This document shows, one piece after another, positions 28,099 through 37,819 of a DNA stretch of 64,000 nucleotides. Made by a program: the position numbers and the translations under genes. This DNA comes from Candidatus Eiseniibacteriota bacterium (GTDB taxonomy: Bacteria; Eisenbacteria; RBG-16-71-46; DASYSL01). The notes under the pieces are model-generated. The model was not told the DNA's origin and searched no databases. It saw only the letters and a program-made list of their open reading frames with translations. Where the stretch lies: assembly GCA_046598045.1 (NCBI GenBank), contig JBKJJJ010000174.1, forward strand, positions 42,148-106,147. The letters are read 5' to 3'. Position 1 is the first letter of the stretch. Every line of letters starts with the position of its first letter.

Positions 28099-28764
28099 TT
28101 ATTTCTTGAACGCCATCGGCACGCTCACCCACGTGGCCACGGGCTGCCCGCTCGTGGCCGCGGGCTTGAAGCGCCACTGGCGCACCGCGTCCTGCGCGGC
28201 GCCGTTGAGCATCGGGATCGACTTGACCACGCGCGTCTCGCGCACGCGACCGTCGGCACCGACCAGCGCCTGCACCACGACCGTGCCCTCGAGACCGGCC
28301 TGGCGGGCGAGCTCGGGGAACGCGGCCTTCACGGTGTAGATCGGTTCCGCGGGATCGTCGACCGCGACGAACGCGTTCGGGTCCGGAGCGTTGGCGATCC
28401 CACCCGACGTGATCGCGGGCCGCAGCGGCGCGCCGTCGGGCATGCCGAGCGAGTCGCCCAGGAGCGCGCCCGCATGTTGCATGCCGTACGCCTGCGTCTC
28501 GCGGTTCGCGCGCAACTCCGCGTTGATGCGTTGGGCCTCATCGATCTGGCGCTGGAGTTCGGCCTCGGTGAGCGGCGTCGGCGGGACCGGCGCATCGCTC
28601 CCGGGCAGGGAGGACAGCAGCTGGTCGGCGAAGCGCTGCGTGCCCCACGACGATGCGAACACCACGGCGAGGCAGGCTCCGAGGAATGCCAGCCGCGGGC
28701 GCCGCTTCAAGGAGGAGAAGGCGTCGCTGGCAATCTCGGTGAGTCGTGCGCGATTCAGGCCCAT
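28099..28764 (-). CDS. tonB: Energy transducer TonB (TonB C-terminal domain protein)
   Basis: N-terminal TM anchor, Pro-rich linker (PVPPTPLTEAELQRQ), and the C-terminal TonB domain with YP motif (..EPIYTVKAAFPELARQAGLEGTVVVQALVGADGRV..). Confidence 0.7.
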   Translation of the reverse strand: MGLNRARLTEIASDAFSSLKRRPRLAFLGACLAVVFASSWGTQRFADQLLSSLPGSDAPVPPTPLTEAELQRQIDEAQRINAELRANRETQAYGMQHAGALLGDSLGMPDGAPLRPAITSGGIANAPDPNAFVAVDDPAEPIYTVKAAFPELARQAGLEGTVVVQALVGADGRVRETRVVKSIPMLNGAAQDAVRQWRFKPAATSGQPVATWVSVPMAFKK

Positions 28765-28804
28765 GGGGCCCTCCGCGCCGGGCTGGCGGGTAGAGCGCTC
28801 GGGA

Positions 28805-30463
28805 CTAGCCGCGTCCGCTGACCGGCGCTTCGCTGCTGAAGAACACGTCGCGCAAGTACGGCAGCGGCGGCGTTCCGTGCGACAGCAGTGCGTCGTTGAA
28901 CTCGCGCAGGTGGAAGGCGGCGCCCTTCGCGGCCTTCTGTTCCTCGCGCAGCTTGAGGATCTGCTGCCATCCGACGAAGTACGTCGAGAGCTGCACCGAC
29001 GAGACCTGCGCGCGGCGGATCTTCTCCTCCGCCACCTTCTTCGTCTGGTAGCCCTCTTCGAGCAGCAGGCGCAGCGCCTCTTCCTCGGTCATGTTGCCGG
29101 CGTGCAGGCCGACGTCGATGATCGTGTTGAGCACGGCGCGCTGCCAGAACTTGAGCTGGCCCAGCTCATGACGTGGATCGTGATTCAGTCCCGCCTCGAG
29201 CATGAGCTGCTCCGAGTAGACCGCCCAGCCCTCGGCGAACGCGCCGTTCCAGAGCGCAGTCGGGACCAGGCGCCCGCCCTGGTTCGCGTGCCACAGCTGG
29301 AGGTAGTGACCGGGCAATGCCTCGTGCGCCGCGAGGATGCGCAACTGCCACAGGTTGTACTCCCTCAGGTAGTCGTCGGTCTGCTCGGCGGTCCACGAGT
29401 CCGGGACGGGCGTCACGTAGAAGAATGTCGGCAGGTGGGACTCGAGCACGCCCGGCGGGTCGCAAGACGCTCCCGGCACGCCGCGATTGAACTCGGGCGT
29501 GAGCTCGACCTTGAGGTCGACCTTCTCGGGCATGGTCACGAGGTCGTTCGCGCGCAGGAAGGCCTCGAGCTCGACGCAGTACTCCTTGCAGCGCGCCAGC
29601 AGGTCCTCGCGGCCGGGCTTGTCCTTCTCGAGCTGGGCGAGCGCGGCCTTCACCGACGCCACGCCCATCTGCGAGGCGACCTCTTCCATGCGCTTCTTCT
29701 GCACGGCCAGGACGCTGTACGCCCACTCGGAGAGCTTCGTCGGCGTGAGGCCCGCGACCAGCGCGAGCTCGAGCTTCTCGGCGTACAGTTCCTCGCCGAG
29801 GCGCCAGTCGCCGCCCGGCTTGTGGCCGAGCGCCTTGAGGTGCTTCTCGAACGCGACCAGCGCGGTGGTCGCTTCGTCGACCGCCTTGCGCGCGCGCTCG
29901 GAGAGCGCCGGCGCCTGGGCGTCAACCTGCGCGAGGAACGTCTCCTCGAGGAACTGCGACAGCCCGTCGACCTGCAACAGCCCGACCGCGACGTGGGGCT
30001 TGGGCACGCGCACCAGGTTGAGCGTCGCCTGCGTGAAGAACCCCTGGAACTGCTCGATGCGGCGGATCGCGTTCTCGTACCGCACCGCCGCCGCCGCGAA
30101 CTCACGCTTGAGTAGCGTCGAGACGCCCTCGCCGGCCTGGCGAATGTAGAAATTCGGGTCATACTGCCAGGGGCGCTCGTCCTCGAGCTCGAACAGGGCG
30201 GCGCGGGCGCCGTTGGTCAGGATCTTGAGGTCGAGCCGGTCCTCCGCGTCGAGTCCGTCCTCGGAGACGCCTTCGAGGCGCTCGAGCAAGGAGGTCAGGC
30301 CGCCGGCGGCCTTGCGACGACCGTCCTTATCGTAGGCCGGGAGCATATGATCCAGTCCGTGGTCCCCCATCGCGGTGGCGTAGACCGGGTCGGAGACGAA
30401 GAGGTGCTGAATCAGCTCTTTCGCCAGCGAGGCCAGCGCGGGGTTGGTGGGCAGTCCTTGCAT
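28805..30463 (-). CDS. DUF885-family protein (putative Zn-dependent peptidase-like, HExxH-containing)
   Basis: ATG at 30463 after GAGGA. Conserved block LAAHEALPGHYLQLW, characteristic of DUF885. Confidence 0.6.
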   Translation of the reverse strand: MQGLPTNPALASLAKELIQHLFVSDPVYATAMGDHGLDHMLPAYDKDGRRKAAGGLTSLLERLEGVSEDGLDAEDRLDLKILTNGARAALFELEDERPWQYDPNFYIRQAGEGVSTLLKREFAAAAVRYENAIRRIEQFQGFFTQATLNLVRVPKPHVAVGLLQVDGLSQFLEETFLAQVDAQAPALSERARKAVDEATTALVAFEKHLKALGHKPGGDWRLGEELYAEKLELALVAGLTPTKLSEWAYSVLAVQKKRMEEVASQMGVASVKAALAQLEKDKPGREDLLARCKEYCVELEAFLRANDLVTMPEKVDLKVELTPEFNRGVPGASCDPPGVLESHLPTFFYVTPVPDSWTAEQTDDYLREYNLWQLRILAAHEALPGHYLQLWHANQGGRLVPTALWNGAFAEGWAVYSEQLMLEAGLNHDPRHELGQLKFWQRAVLNTIIDVGLHAGNMTEEEALRLLLEEGYQTKKVAEEKIRRAQVSSVQLSTYFVGWQQILKLREEQKAAKGAAFHLREFNDALLSHGTPPLPYLRDVFFSSEAPVSGRG

Positions 30464-30636
30464 GGATATCCTCATCAGTCGGGGGCGGGGACGGCTGCCG
30501 GGGCGGGCGATCGCCCACCGGACCACCTTCACCGGAACGGCCGGATTATCCGGGGGGCCGCCGGGCGGGTCAAGGAAAGGCTGTCCGGTCGAGCGCATTC
30601 AAATGCGCACCAAATCTAGGTTTGAGGAGAAATGCC

Positions 30637-30960
30637 ATGACCGACGAGAAGTGGGAAGCGATGGTGGGCCAGATCCAGCGCAAGTTCAAGGTCACGGAGC
30701 ACACCACGGGCGAGCCCGATCCGCGCGATCACGGCGTGCGCGAGCTGATCGTCTTCGACGGCCCCTCCGGCCCGATGAAGCTCGAGCGGGTGACGCGTCC
30801 CCTGGTCCTCGAGAAGAAACCGATCTACACGCACCGCTCCGGGGGCGGCGTGAACTACGAATTCGTCTATCACCCCACCGAGAAGACCCACCGCGAGACG
30901 CTTTTCCGTTGGGAGAACAACGGATGGACGGAGATGGACCTGTCGTTTATGACCCGCTAG
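30637..30960 (+). CDS. Small hypothetical protein (107 aa)
   Basis: ATG at 30637 with AGGAGA 7 nt upstream. The track ORF starts at TTG 30622. No family recognised. Confidence 0.4.
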   Translation: MTDEKWEAMVGQIQRKFKVTEHTTGEPDPRDHGVRELIVFDGPSGPMKLERVTRPLVLEKKPIYTHRSGGGVNYEFVYHPTEKTHRETLFRWENNGWTEMDLSFMTR

Positions 30961-31103
30961 CGCCGACCGAAAGCCCGACGACCGCGCTGTGGATAAGGGT
31001 GCGCAACTCTGCGCAGCGGTGATTCTAGATCTCTGAAACCATTGTTATACAATCAGTTGCACAAAGTCACCGCGGCCGTACGTTATCCACCGTCGCGCTT
31101 GGC
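30961..31103. promoter_or_regulatory. Convergent intergenic region with two DnaA-box-like 9-mers flanking an unusually AT-rich ~50-bp core (candidate DnaA-binding / oriC-associated element)
   Basis: TGTGGATAA (30988-30996) is the reverse complement of the consensus TTATCCACA. TTATCCACC (31083-31091) is an 8/9 match. Between them lies GATTCTAGATCTCTGAAACCATTGTTATACAATCAGTTGCACAAAGTCAC, which is far below the genomic GC. Confidence 0.35.
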
Positions 31104-31682
31104 TTAAGCGGAACGTGGAGTCCCGCCGCGACTTGCCCCGCCAACCCCAGCCGAAGCTCCGCCCGAGCCCGCCATGCCTCCCGGCTCATTGTTGGGGTTC
31201 TCGTCCAGCATGGTGCAGCGCCCTGAGAAGCGGACCCCTTCATCGATCACGATCGCGTGCGAGGTCAGGTCCCCGCGCACGCGGGCACCCCGGAGGAGGT
31301 CAATCCGCTCCTCGGCCTGGATTCCGCCGTCGAAGACCCCCCCGACAATCGCCTCGCGCACATGCACATCCGCTCGGACGTGTCCGTACGGTCCCACGAT
31401 GATGCGGTCACAGTTGAGGATGTCCCCTTCGAAATCGCCGTCCACCAGCAGCGTGCCCTCGATCATCAGGGTCCCGCGGAAGCTCGACCCCACCCCGATG
31501 TGGCAGTTGGTGACGATGTCATCGTCGTCGCTCGCGTCCTCCCGGCCCCGCGCGAACGGATTCTTCAGACCGCCGCGCGACTCCGAGGAATCCATCTCCG
31601 TGGGATCGAGGCCGAGCGCCTTCGCTGCGACGCGTTGAGCGAGGGACCTCCCCCGCGCCGGGTTCTTCGTGTCGTTGGTCAT
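31104..31682 (-). CDS. Bactofilin (DUF583) cytoskeletal protein
   Basis: Internal ATG at 31682 of track ORF 31104..31823, overlapping the parB stop by ATGA. Central bactofilin beta-helix repeats (IGVGSSFRGTLMIEGTLLVDGDFEGDILNCDRIIVGPYGHVRADVHVREAIVGGVFDGGIQAEERIDL). Disordered charged and Gly-rich termini. Confidence 0.8.
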   Translation of the reverse strand: MTNDTKNPARGRSLAQRVAAKALGLDPTEMDSSESRGGLKNPFARGREDASDDDDIVTNCHIGVGSSFRGTLMIEGTLLVDGDFEGDILNCDRIIVGPYGHVRADVHVREAIVGGVFDGGIQAEERIDLLRGARVRGDLTSHAIVIDEGVRFSGRCTMLDENPNNEPGGMAGSGGASAGVGGASRGGTPRSA

Positions 31683-32653
31683 CAGAGGACTCCCAGGTTC
31701 TCGAGCAGGCGCTCGAGATCGGTCTCGTTGTAGTACTCGATCTCGATCTGTCCGCGATCCGTGCTCCCCACGGGCACGATACGGACCTGGGTCGCGAGTT
31801 TCCGACGGAGTTCGTTTGTCCACTCCGCGTAAGTGCTAGAAACCGCATCCACAGCGGCTTGTGACGCGCCGTCGCCGCCGCGGCTCCTGCGCGAGGAGAT
31901 CTTGCGACGCATCTTGCGCGCGACCAGCGCCTCGGTTTTGCGAACGCTGAGACCCATGTCCGACACGTAGCGCGCGCTGGCTTCGATCTCGGCGCCGGAA
32001 GGCAAGCCGAGAAGTGCGCGGCCATGGCCCGCGGTCAATGTTCCACGTGAAACCATCGACTGTACCGACGCGGGAAGCGTGAGCAAGCGCAGCGCATTCG
32101 TGATCGAAGTGCGGTTCTTTCCCACGCGCTCACTCAGGCGCTCGTGCGTGTACTTCAACTCCTCGATCATGCGCTGATAACCGAGGGCCTCTTCGATCGC
32201 GTTGAGATCCTCGCGCTGGAGGTTCTCGATGAGCGCGATTTCAAGGATCTCGTCGTCGCTCACCTGGCGCACGATCGCCGGAATGGTCCCCAGTCCGATG
32301 CGTTGCGACGCGCGGAAGCGGCGCTCCCCCGCGATCAGTTGAAAATGGTCGCCGGCAGGACGAACCAGCACCGGTTGGAGCACGCCCTGGGCGCGAATCG
32401 ACTCCCCCAACTCGGCTAGCGCATCCTCGGTGAACTCGATTCGAGGCTGCTTCGGGTTGGGAACGATACGATCCAGCGGGATTTCCTGCACTCGCTCGCG
32501 AGTGTCCTCGGAGGCGGCGTAGCCCTGGGAAGGTCCCCCGGTTTCGGGTAGGTCGGTCGCCACGGCTCCGCTGGGAGCCTCCGTTTCGTCGCCCGGACCC
32601 GGCGCGCCAGGAATCAGCGCGCCCAGGCCACGGCCGAGAGCCTTTCTAGTCAT
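31682..32653 (-). CDS. parB: Chromosome partitioning protein ParB (Spo0J)
   Basis: Start MTRKALGRGLGALI (GRGL box), ParB/Srx motif VRPAGDHFQLIAGERRFRA, and HTH region. Overlaps the parA stop by 8 nt. Confidence 0.9.
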   Translation of the reverse strand: MTRKALGRGLGALIPGAPGPGDETEAPSGAVATDLPETGGPSQGYAASEDTRERVQEIPLDRIVPNPKQPRIEFTEDALAELGESIRAQGVLQPVLVRPAGDHFQLIAGERRFRASQRIGLGTIPAIVRQVSDDEILEIALIENLQREDLNAIEEALGYQRMIEELKYTHERLSERVGKNRTSITNALRLLTLPASVQSMVSRGTLTAGHGRALLGLPSGAEIEASARYVSDMGLSVRKTEALVARKMRRKISSRRSRGGDGASQAAVDAVSSTYAEWTNELRRKLATQVRIVPVGSTDRGQIEIEYYNETDLERLLENLGVL

Positions 32654-33407
32654 GGTGAATGACCTCCTGCGCCAGAGCGCGGTAACTCTCTGCCCCTGAG
32701 GATGTTCCATCGTAATGGATGATCGGTTTTCCGAAGCTGGGAGCCTCGCTGAGGCGCACGTTTCGCGGGATGACCGTGGTATAGACCCGGTCCGAGAAGA
32801 ACTTTCGAGCCTCGTCCGCGACCTGCTGCGAAAGATTGAGCCGCGAGTCGAACATCGTCAGCAGCACCCCCTCGATGCGGAGCCCCGGGTTCAAATTCTC
32901 CTGCACGAGCTGGATCGTGCGCACGAGCTGGGTCAGGCCCTCGAGCGCATAGTACTCGCACTGCAGGGGAATCAGGACCGAGTCGGCGGCGGTCAAGGTG
33001 TTGACCGTCAACAGGCCGAGCGAGGGCGGGCAATCGACGAAGATGTAGTCGTAGACATCGCGAATCGGCTGTAGCGCATGGCGAAAGCGGGTCTCGCGGG
33101 CCATCACGCCGACCAGTTCGACTTCGGCGCCGCTGAGTTTCTGTCCCGAAGGCAGGACATCCAGGTTGGGCAGGACCTCGCGCTGGATCGCCTCTTCGAT
33201 CGGTAGGCTGTTGACGAGGACTTCGTAGAGCGTGGGGCGGGACTCGTCGACACTGACGCCCAGGCCGCTGGCCGCGTTGCCCTGGGGATCGATGTCGACC
33301 AGCAGGATCCGCTTGCCATCTTCAGCGGCACAAGCGCTTAGGTTGATTGCGGTTGTCGTCTTTCCAACGCCACCTTTTTGGCTGGCGACGGCGATCACTT
33401 TACCCAT
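32646..33407 (-). CDS. parA: Chromosome partitioning ATPase ParA (Soj)
   Basis: Deviant Walker A KGGVGKTTTAINLSA. Full-length ParA/Soj homology. Confidence 0.9.
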   Translation of the reverse strand: MGKVIAVASQKGGVGKTTTAINLSACAAEDGKRILLVDIDPQGNAASGLGVSVDESRPTLYEVLVNSLPIEEAIQREVLPNLDVLPSGQKLSGAEVELVGVMARETRFRHALQPIRDVYDYIFVDCPPSLGLLTVNTLTAADSVLIPLQCEYYALEGLTQLVRTIQLVQENLNPGLRIEGVLLTMFDSRLNLSQQVADEARKFFSDRVYTTVIPRNVRLSEAPSFGKPIIHYDGTSSGAESYRALAQEVIHHD

Positions 33408-33562
33408 CGACCTTGAACGTCCTTGCGGGGGCCAGGGTTGTGTTTCAACGGGCGTACGAGCGCGCTCAAGGTACTCGGGCGTTCGGGCTCGGTCAATGTG
33501 CTTCTGAAAACGTGCTGGATTGCAGCCATTTACGCGGCACTACGAGAATGTTCCGCAGGGCT

Positions 33563-33578
33563 GTTCCACGTGAAACAT
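33563..33578. promoter_or_regulatory. parS: parS centromere-like site (perfect match to the Bacillus-type consensus)
   Basis: TGTTCCACGTGAAACA, the canonical 16-bp parS palindrome, about 160 bp upstream of parA. Confidence 0.8.
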
Positions 33579-33627
33579 CCCGACCCACGGCGCCACGGCT
33601 CTTCGCCAGGAGATCAAAGAGGCTCGA

Positions 33628-33643
33628 TGTTCCACGTGGAACA
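33628..33643. promoter_or_regulatory. parS: Second parS site (one-mismatch, perfectly palindromic variant)
   Basis: TGTTCCACGTGGAACA, 65 bp from the first site. The small track ORFs translating MFHVEHRA here are artefacts of the palindromes. Confidence 0.7.
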
Positions 33644-33685
33644 TCGGGCCCCGAATCTCTCCTCGGACGGGTGTTCTTGAGCGGT

Positions 33686-34414
33686 CTACGCCTCCAGGCG
33701 CTGAAACACCACGTAGTGAAGATGGCGGTCCGGGACGGGCACGGTTTCCAGGTGCGTCCAGCTCTTGTCTCCGCTCTTGGACCAATCCAGCAGCTCCACG
33801 GGGTGCGAGCTCCCCTTGAACAACACGGCGTAGCCTCCGGGGCGAATGATCGGCGTCAGCCAGGGCAAAAGTTCGCCGATCAGGGCGACGGCACGGGCTG
33901 TCGCTGCGTCGAAGGGCCCGGCGCCATCGGCCGCGAGGCGCTCGGCGCGGCCGACGATGACCGTGGTGTTGGGGAGATCGAGGCCCTCGACAATGCGCTT
34001 GAGGAACAATCCCTTTCGGCGGCGCGATTCCACCACGGTCACCGCGAGCTCGGGGCGGGCGATTTGGATCGGGAGCGCGGGAAAGCCGGCGCCGCTGCCG
34101 ACGTCCACGACGCTCTTCGGAGCAAGGCGGTCGAGCAGGGGAAGCACGGCCAGGGACTCCGCGACATGTCGACTGGCAAGGCGCCCCAGATCGTTCTGCG
34201 CCACCAGATTGCTGTCCTGAGTCCAGTGGAGCAAGTCTTCGAGATAGGCTTCGAGACAGGCCAGCATGGGGCCTGCAGCCTCCGGGGTCAGGGCATACTC
34301 GGACGCCAGTTTTCGAAGAACGGAGCGCTCTCCGGACGAGAGCTGCCGGACGCTCTCCGCACTGGCGGCGCGTCCGGAGTCATCATTGCGAGGCTTGGCG
34401 GGAGAGGATCTCAT
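33686..34414 (-). CDS. rsmG: 16S rRNA (guanine527-N7)-methyltransferase RsmG (GidB)
   Basis: SAM-binding VVDVGSGAGFPALPIQI. Full-length GidB homology. Confidence 0.9.
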   Translation of the reverse strand: MRSSPAKPRNDDSGRAASAESVRQLSSGERSVLRKLASEYALTPEAAGPMLACLEAYLEDLLHWTQDSNLVAQNDLGRLASRHVAESLAVLPLLDRLAPKSVVDVGSGAGFPALPIQIARPELAVTVVESRRRKGLFLKRIVEGLDLPNTTVIVGRAERLAADGAGPFDAATARAVALIGELLPWLTPIIRPGGYAVLFKGSSHPVELLDWSKSGDKSWTHLETVPVPDRHLHYVVFQRLEA

Positions 34415-34461
34415 GTCCGCAGATTAACCCGGCGACGGCCCGCCGTGCTTCCTAAAGATAC

Positions 34462-36402
34462 CTACGAAGGCGAAGCGCTCAGCGATGCCAACCCGGCCTT
34501 GAGTTGGACCAGGAGGACCGCCACGTCCGCGGGAGAGACGCCCGGGATCCGGCCCGCCTGCCCCACTGTGAGCGGGCGCACCTCGAGCAGCTTCTCGCGG
34601 GCCTCACGCGAGAGACCGCGCAATTCCCTGTCCCAGAGAGCACTGGGAATGGGTGTCGATTCCATGCCGGCGAGCCGGGCTACGAGGCGCTCCTGGCGCT
34701 CCAGGTAGCCGGCATAACGGGTCCGGACCTCGAGCATCTCGCCCTCGAGCGGACCGAGTTCTGCGAGGCCGTGTTCGCGCAGAAGTTCGTAGGAGCCTCC
34801 CGCGTGGGTCAGCAGGTCTCCGAGCGCATGCATGCCCGCTGGGAGGTCGGTGCCCGAGCCGATCCGGGTGGCGAGCGCCGCGCGGTGATCCGTCGGGATG
34901 CGCGTCGCGGCCAGGCGACGAGCCTCGACCCCAATTCGATCAACCTTGGCAATCACTTGCTGTAGTTTGGTTTGTGAGATCAGACCAAAGCGTGCTCCAT
35001 AAGCCGAGAGCCGTTCGTCGGCGTTGTCGTAACGCAGCAGAAGCCGGTACTCGGCCTGCGAGGTGAAGAGCCGATACGGCTCCTCGGTGCCCCGCGTCAC
35101 GAGGTCATCGACCATGACCGCGAGGTACGCCTCGTCGCGCCGCGGAAGGAACGCCGGCTCGCCGCGCACGGCGAGCGCGGCATTGATACCCGCCACGAGG
35201 CCCTGGGCGGCGGCCTCCTCGTAGCCCGAGGTGCCGTTGATCTGGCCGGCGAGATGGAGCCCCTCGACGGTGCGCACCTCGAGGCCGGAGCTGAGCTGGG
35301 TCGGGATCACGAAGTCGTACTCGACGGCATAGCCGGGTCGGAGCATGACCGCATCTTCGAGGCCGGGCACGGTCGCGATTGCGGCCCGCTGCGCCTCCTC
35401 GGGCAGGCTGGTCGAGAAGCCGTTGACGTAGATCTCCTCGGCGGCCAGGCCCTCGGGCTCGAGGTGGAGCAGGTGCTGCGGCTTGTCCGCGAAGCGTACG
35501 ACCTTGTCCTCGACCGAGGGACAGTAGCGCGGGCCGATGCCCTTGATCTGCCCGCTGTACATCGGCGACAGGTGCAGGTTGTCGCGGATGAAACGGTGCG
35601 TCGCCTCGGTGGTGTGCGTGAGGTGGCAGACCGCGCGGTTCGCGACCGGCGTATCGCCCCAGTGCGAAAACGGCAGCGGCGGATCATCGCCGCGCTGCAC
35701 GGTGAGCGAGTCCCAAGCGATCGAGTCACGATGGAGCCGCGGCGGCGTCCCGGTCTTGAGCCGGCCGAGGCGAAGCCCCGCGCGCAACAATGCGGGCGAC
35801 AGCCCGGCGCTTGCGCGTTCCCCGCGACGACCACCGGTGACCTGGCGCGTGCCGCAATGCATCACGCCGTTCATGAATGTGCCCGGGGTGACCACCACGC
35901 GCGGCGCCGCAAGCGTGCGCCCGTCCTCGAGCACGACGCCGCGCATCACGCCGCGGCGTTCGAGCACGCCGGTGGACGAGAAGCGCGGCTCGTCGAACAC
36001 GAGATCCTCGACCATCGCTTCGATCAGCGCGAGGCGCGACTCGGCGCGCAGCTCGGCGGCCATCGCGGCCGGGTAGAGGTCGCGATCCGCCTGCGCGCGC
36101 GGCGACCACACCGCGGGACCGCGTCCCTTGTTGAGCATGCGGAACTGGATGCCCGCGCGATCGATCACGCGGCCCATCACGCCGCCGAGGGCATCGATCT
36201 CGCGCACGAGGTGTCCCTTCGCGAGTCCGCCGACAGCCGGGTTGCATGACAGGCGCGCGGTGGCGTCGACCGACGCGGTGACCAGCGCGGCGGACAGGCC
36301 CATGCGCGCGGCGGCAAGTGCCGCCTCACAACCGGCGTGGCCGCCGCCCACCACGATCACGTCGTAACTCGCGCGTTCGAAGATCACGGACGCCACGCTC
36401 AC
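34462..36402 (-). CDS. mnmG: tRNA uridine 5-carboxymethylaminomethyl modification enzyme MnmG (GidA)
   Basis: GTG start at 36402 overlapping the mnmE stop (GTGA). FAD-binding [23 protein letters not shown]. The upstream 369 codons of track ORF 34462..37509 are a spurious run-on through mnmE on another frame. Confidence 0.9.
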   Translation of the reverse strand: MSVASVIFERASYDVIVVGGGHAGCEAALAAARMGLSAALVTASVDATARLSCNPAVGGLAKGHLVREIDALGGVMGRVIDRAGIQFRMLNKGRGPAVWSPRAQADRDLYPAAMAAELRAESRLALIEAMVEDLVFDEPRFSSTGVLERRGVMRGVVLEDGRTLAAPRVVVTPGTFMNGVMHCGTRQVTGGRRGERASAGLSPALLRAGLRLGRLKTGTPPRLHRDSIAWDSLTVQRGDDPPLPFSHWGDTPVANRAVCHLTHTTEATHRFIRDNLHLSPMYSGQIKGIGPRYCPSVEDKVVRFADKPQHLLHLEPEGLAAEEIYVNGFSTSLPEEAQRAAIATVPGLEDAVMLRPGYAVEYDFVIPTQLSSGLEVRTVEGLHLAGQINGTSGYEEAAAQGLVAGINAALAVRGEPAFLPRRDEAYLAVMVDDLVTRGTEEPYRLFTSQAEYRLLLRYDNADERLSAYGARFGLISQTKLQQVIAKVDRIGVEARRLAATRIPTDHRAALATRIGSGTDLPAGMHALGDLLTHAGGSYELLREHGLAELGPLEGEMLEVRTRYAGYLERQERLVARLAGMESTPIPSALWDRELRGLSREAREKLLEVRPLTVGQAGRIPGVSPADVAVLLVQLKAGLASLSASPS

Positions 36403-37775
36403 TTTCCGATGCAGAAGCGCGCGAAGATGCGCGCCAGGAGGTCGGGTGCAACGGCCTCGCCGGTGACTTCGCCGAGTGCCGCGAGCGCGACGCGGATCTC
36501 GCCCGCGACGATCTCCCCGGGCGCCGCGGCGGCTGCATCGCGCGCCTCGTCGATCGCCAGCTGCGCACGCCGCAACGCGTCGATGTGGCGCGCGTTGGTG
36601 ACGAGCGCGGAGGCGGGATCTTCGCTGCTGCCCGAGACCAGCGCGGCGGCAAGCGCACGCCGCAGCGTCGCGACGCCCTCCCCGCTGTGGGCGGACACCT
36701 CGATGCAAGCGGCGGTGGCGAGCGCGGTCGGCGCGGCGAGCGCGCGCGGCAGGTCGCTCTTGTTGAACGCGATCACGCAGGGTCGATCGGAGGCGAGCGC
36801 CCAGGCCTCCGCGTCCGCGGCGGTCCACGGCGCGGACGCGTCGAGCACGAGCAGCGCCAGGTCCGCGGCGCGGAGCTCCTCGCGCGTGCGCGCGATGCCG
36901 AGGCGCTCGACCACCTGGTCGCCCTCCGCCTCGCGCAGGCCCGCCGTGTCGATCAGGCGCACCGGGATGCCTCCGAGGTCGAGACGTTCGCTCACCGCGT
37001 CGCGCGTGGTGCCCGCGATCTCCGCGACCAGCGCGCGCGATTCTCCCAGGAGCGCGTTGAAGAGCGAAGACTTGCCGACGTTCGGCCGCCCGACGAGCGC
37101 GAGTCGCGCGCCTTCGCGGGCGCGGCGGCCGAGGTCGGCGCCGCGCAGCACGTCCTCGAGCGCATCCGAAGCGCGAGCGAGACCCTCGGCGACGTGGGGC
37201 GGCAACGTGGCCTCGCCCACGTCCTCGGCGAAGTCGACGCGCGCCTCGACCTCGGCAAGCAGGTCGCGCAACGGCTCGGCCACGTTCGACAATCCGCTCG
37301 AGAGTGCGCCCGCGACCTGGCGCGCGGCGAGGCGATGCGCGAGTTCGCTCTCGGCGTGGATCACGTCGGCGACCGCCTCGGCGCGCGCGAGGTCCATGCG
37401 GCCGTTGAGGAACGCGCGCTCGGTGAATTCGCCGGCCCGCGCCGCGCGCGCGCCCGCCGCGAGCAGCGCCGCGAGCAGGCGCGGCGCGGACCAGTCGCCG
37501 CCGTGGCACGTGAACTCGACCATGGTCTCGCCGGTGTAGGACGCGGGCGCGGGGAGGACCACCGCGAGCAACTCGTCGATCATCTCGCCGGACGCGTCGT
37601 GGGCGGAGCCGTGGCGCAGCGCACGCGGCGGGGCGTCGGCGAGCGGGCTCGCGCCCGGACCCCAGCCGCGGAACACGCGATCGCCGATCGCGCCCGCGTC
37701 GGCTCCGGAGAGCCGGACGATCGCGAGCGCGGAGCGCCCCGGGGGCGTGGAGATGGCGGCGATGGTGTCGGTCAT
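36399..37775 (-). CDS. mnmE: tRNA modification GTPase MnmE (TrmE)
   Basis: ATG at 37775 ([13 protein letters not shown]). G-domain [14 protein letters not shown] and DTAGLRE. C-terminal CIGK tetrapeptide (..FARFCIGK). Confidence 0.9.
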   Translation of the reverse strand: MTDTIAAISTPPGRSALAIVRLSGADAGAIGDRVFRGWGPGASPLADAPPRALRHGSAHDASGEMIDELLAVVLPAPASYTGETMVEFTCHGGDWSAPRLLAALLAAGARAARAGEFTERAFLNGRMDLARAEAVADVIHAESELAHRLAARQVAGALSSGLSNVAEPLRDLLAEVEARVDFAEDVGEATLPPHVAEGLARASDALEDVLRGADLGRRAREGARLALVGRPNVGKSSLFNALLGESRALVAEIAGTTRDAVSERLDLGGIPVRLIDTAGLREAEGDQVVERLGIARTREELRAADLALLVLDASAPWTAADAEAWALASDRPCVIAFNKSDLPRALAAPTALATAACIEVSAHSGEGVATLRRALAAALVSGSSEDPASALVTNARHIDALRRAQLAIDEARDAAAAAPGEIVAGEIRVALAALGEVTGEAVAPDLLARIFARFCIGK

Positions 37776-37819
37776 GGGAGCGCCGGGCGGCGCTCCCGCG
37801 ACGACCGGCTTGCCTCGGA

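Noticed and set aside
33423-33785. Small ORFs translating MFHVEHRA / PMFHVEHRASL on both strands
   Set aside because: They are produced by the palindromic parS sites (TGTTCCACGTG[A/G]AACA reads as F-H-V-E/K-H in either direction). They are not genes.
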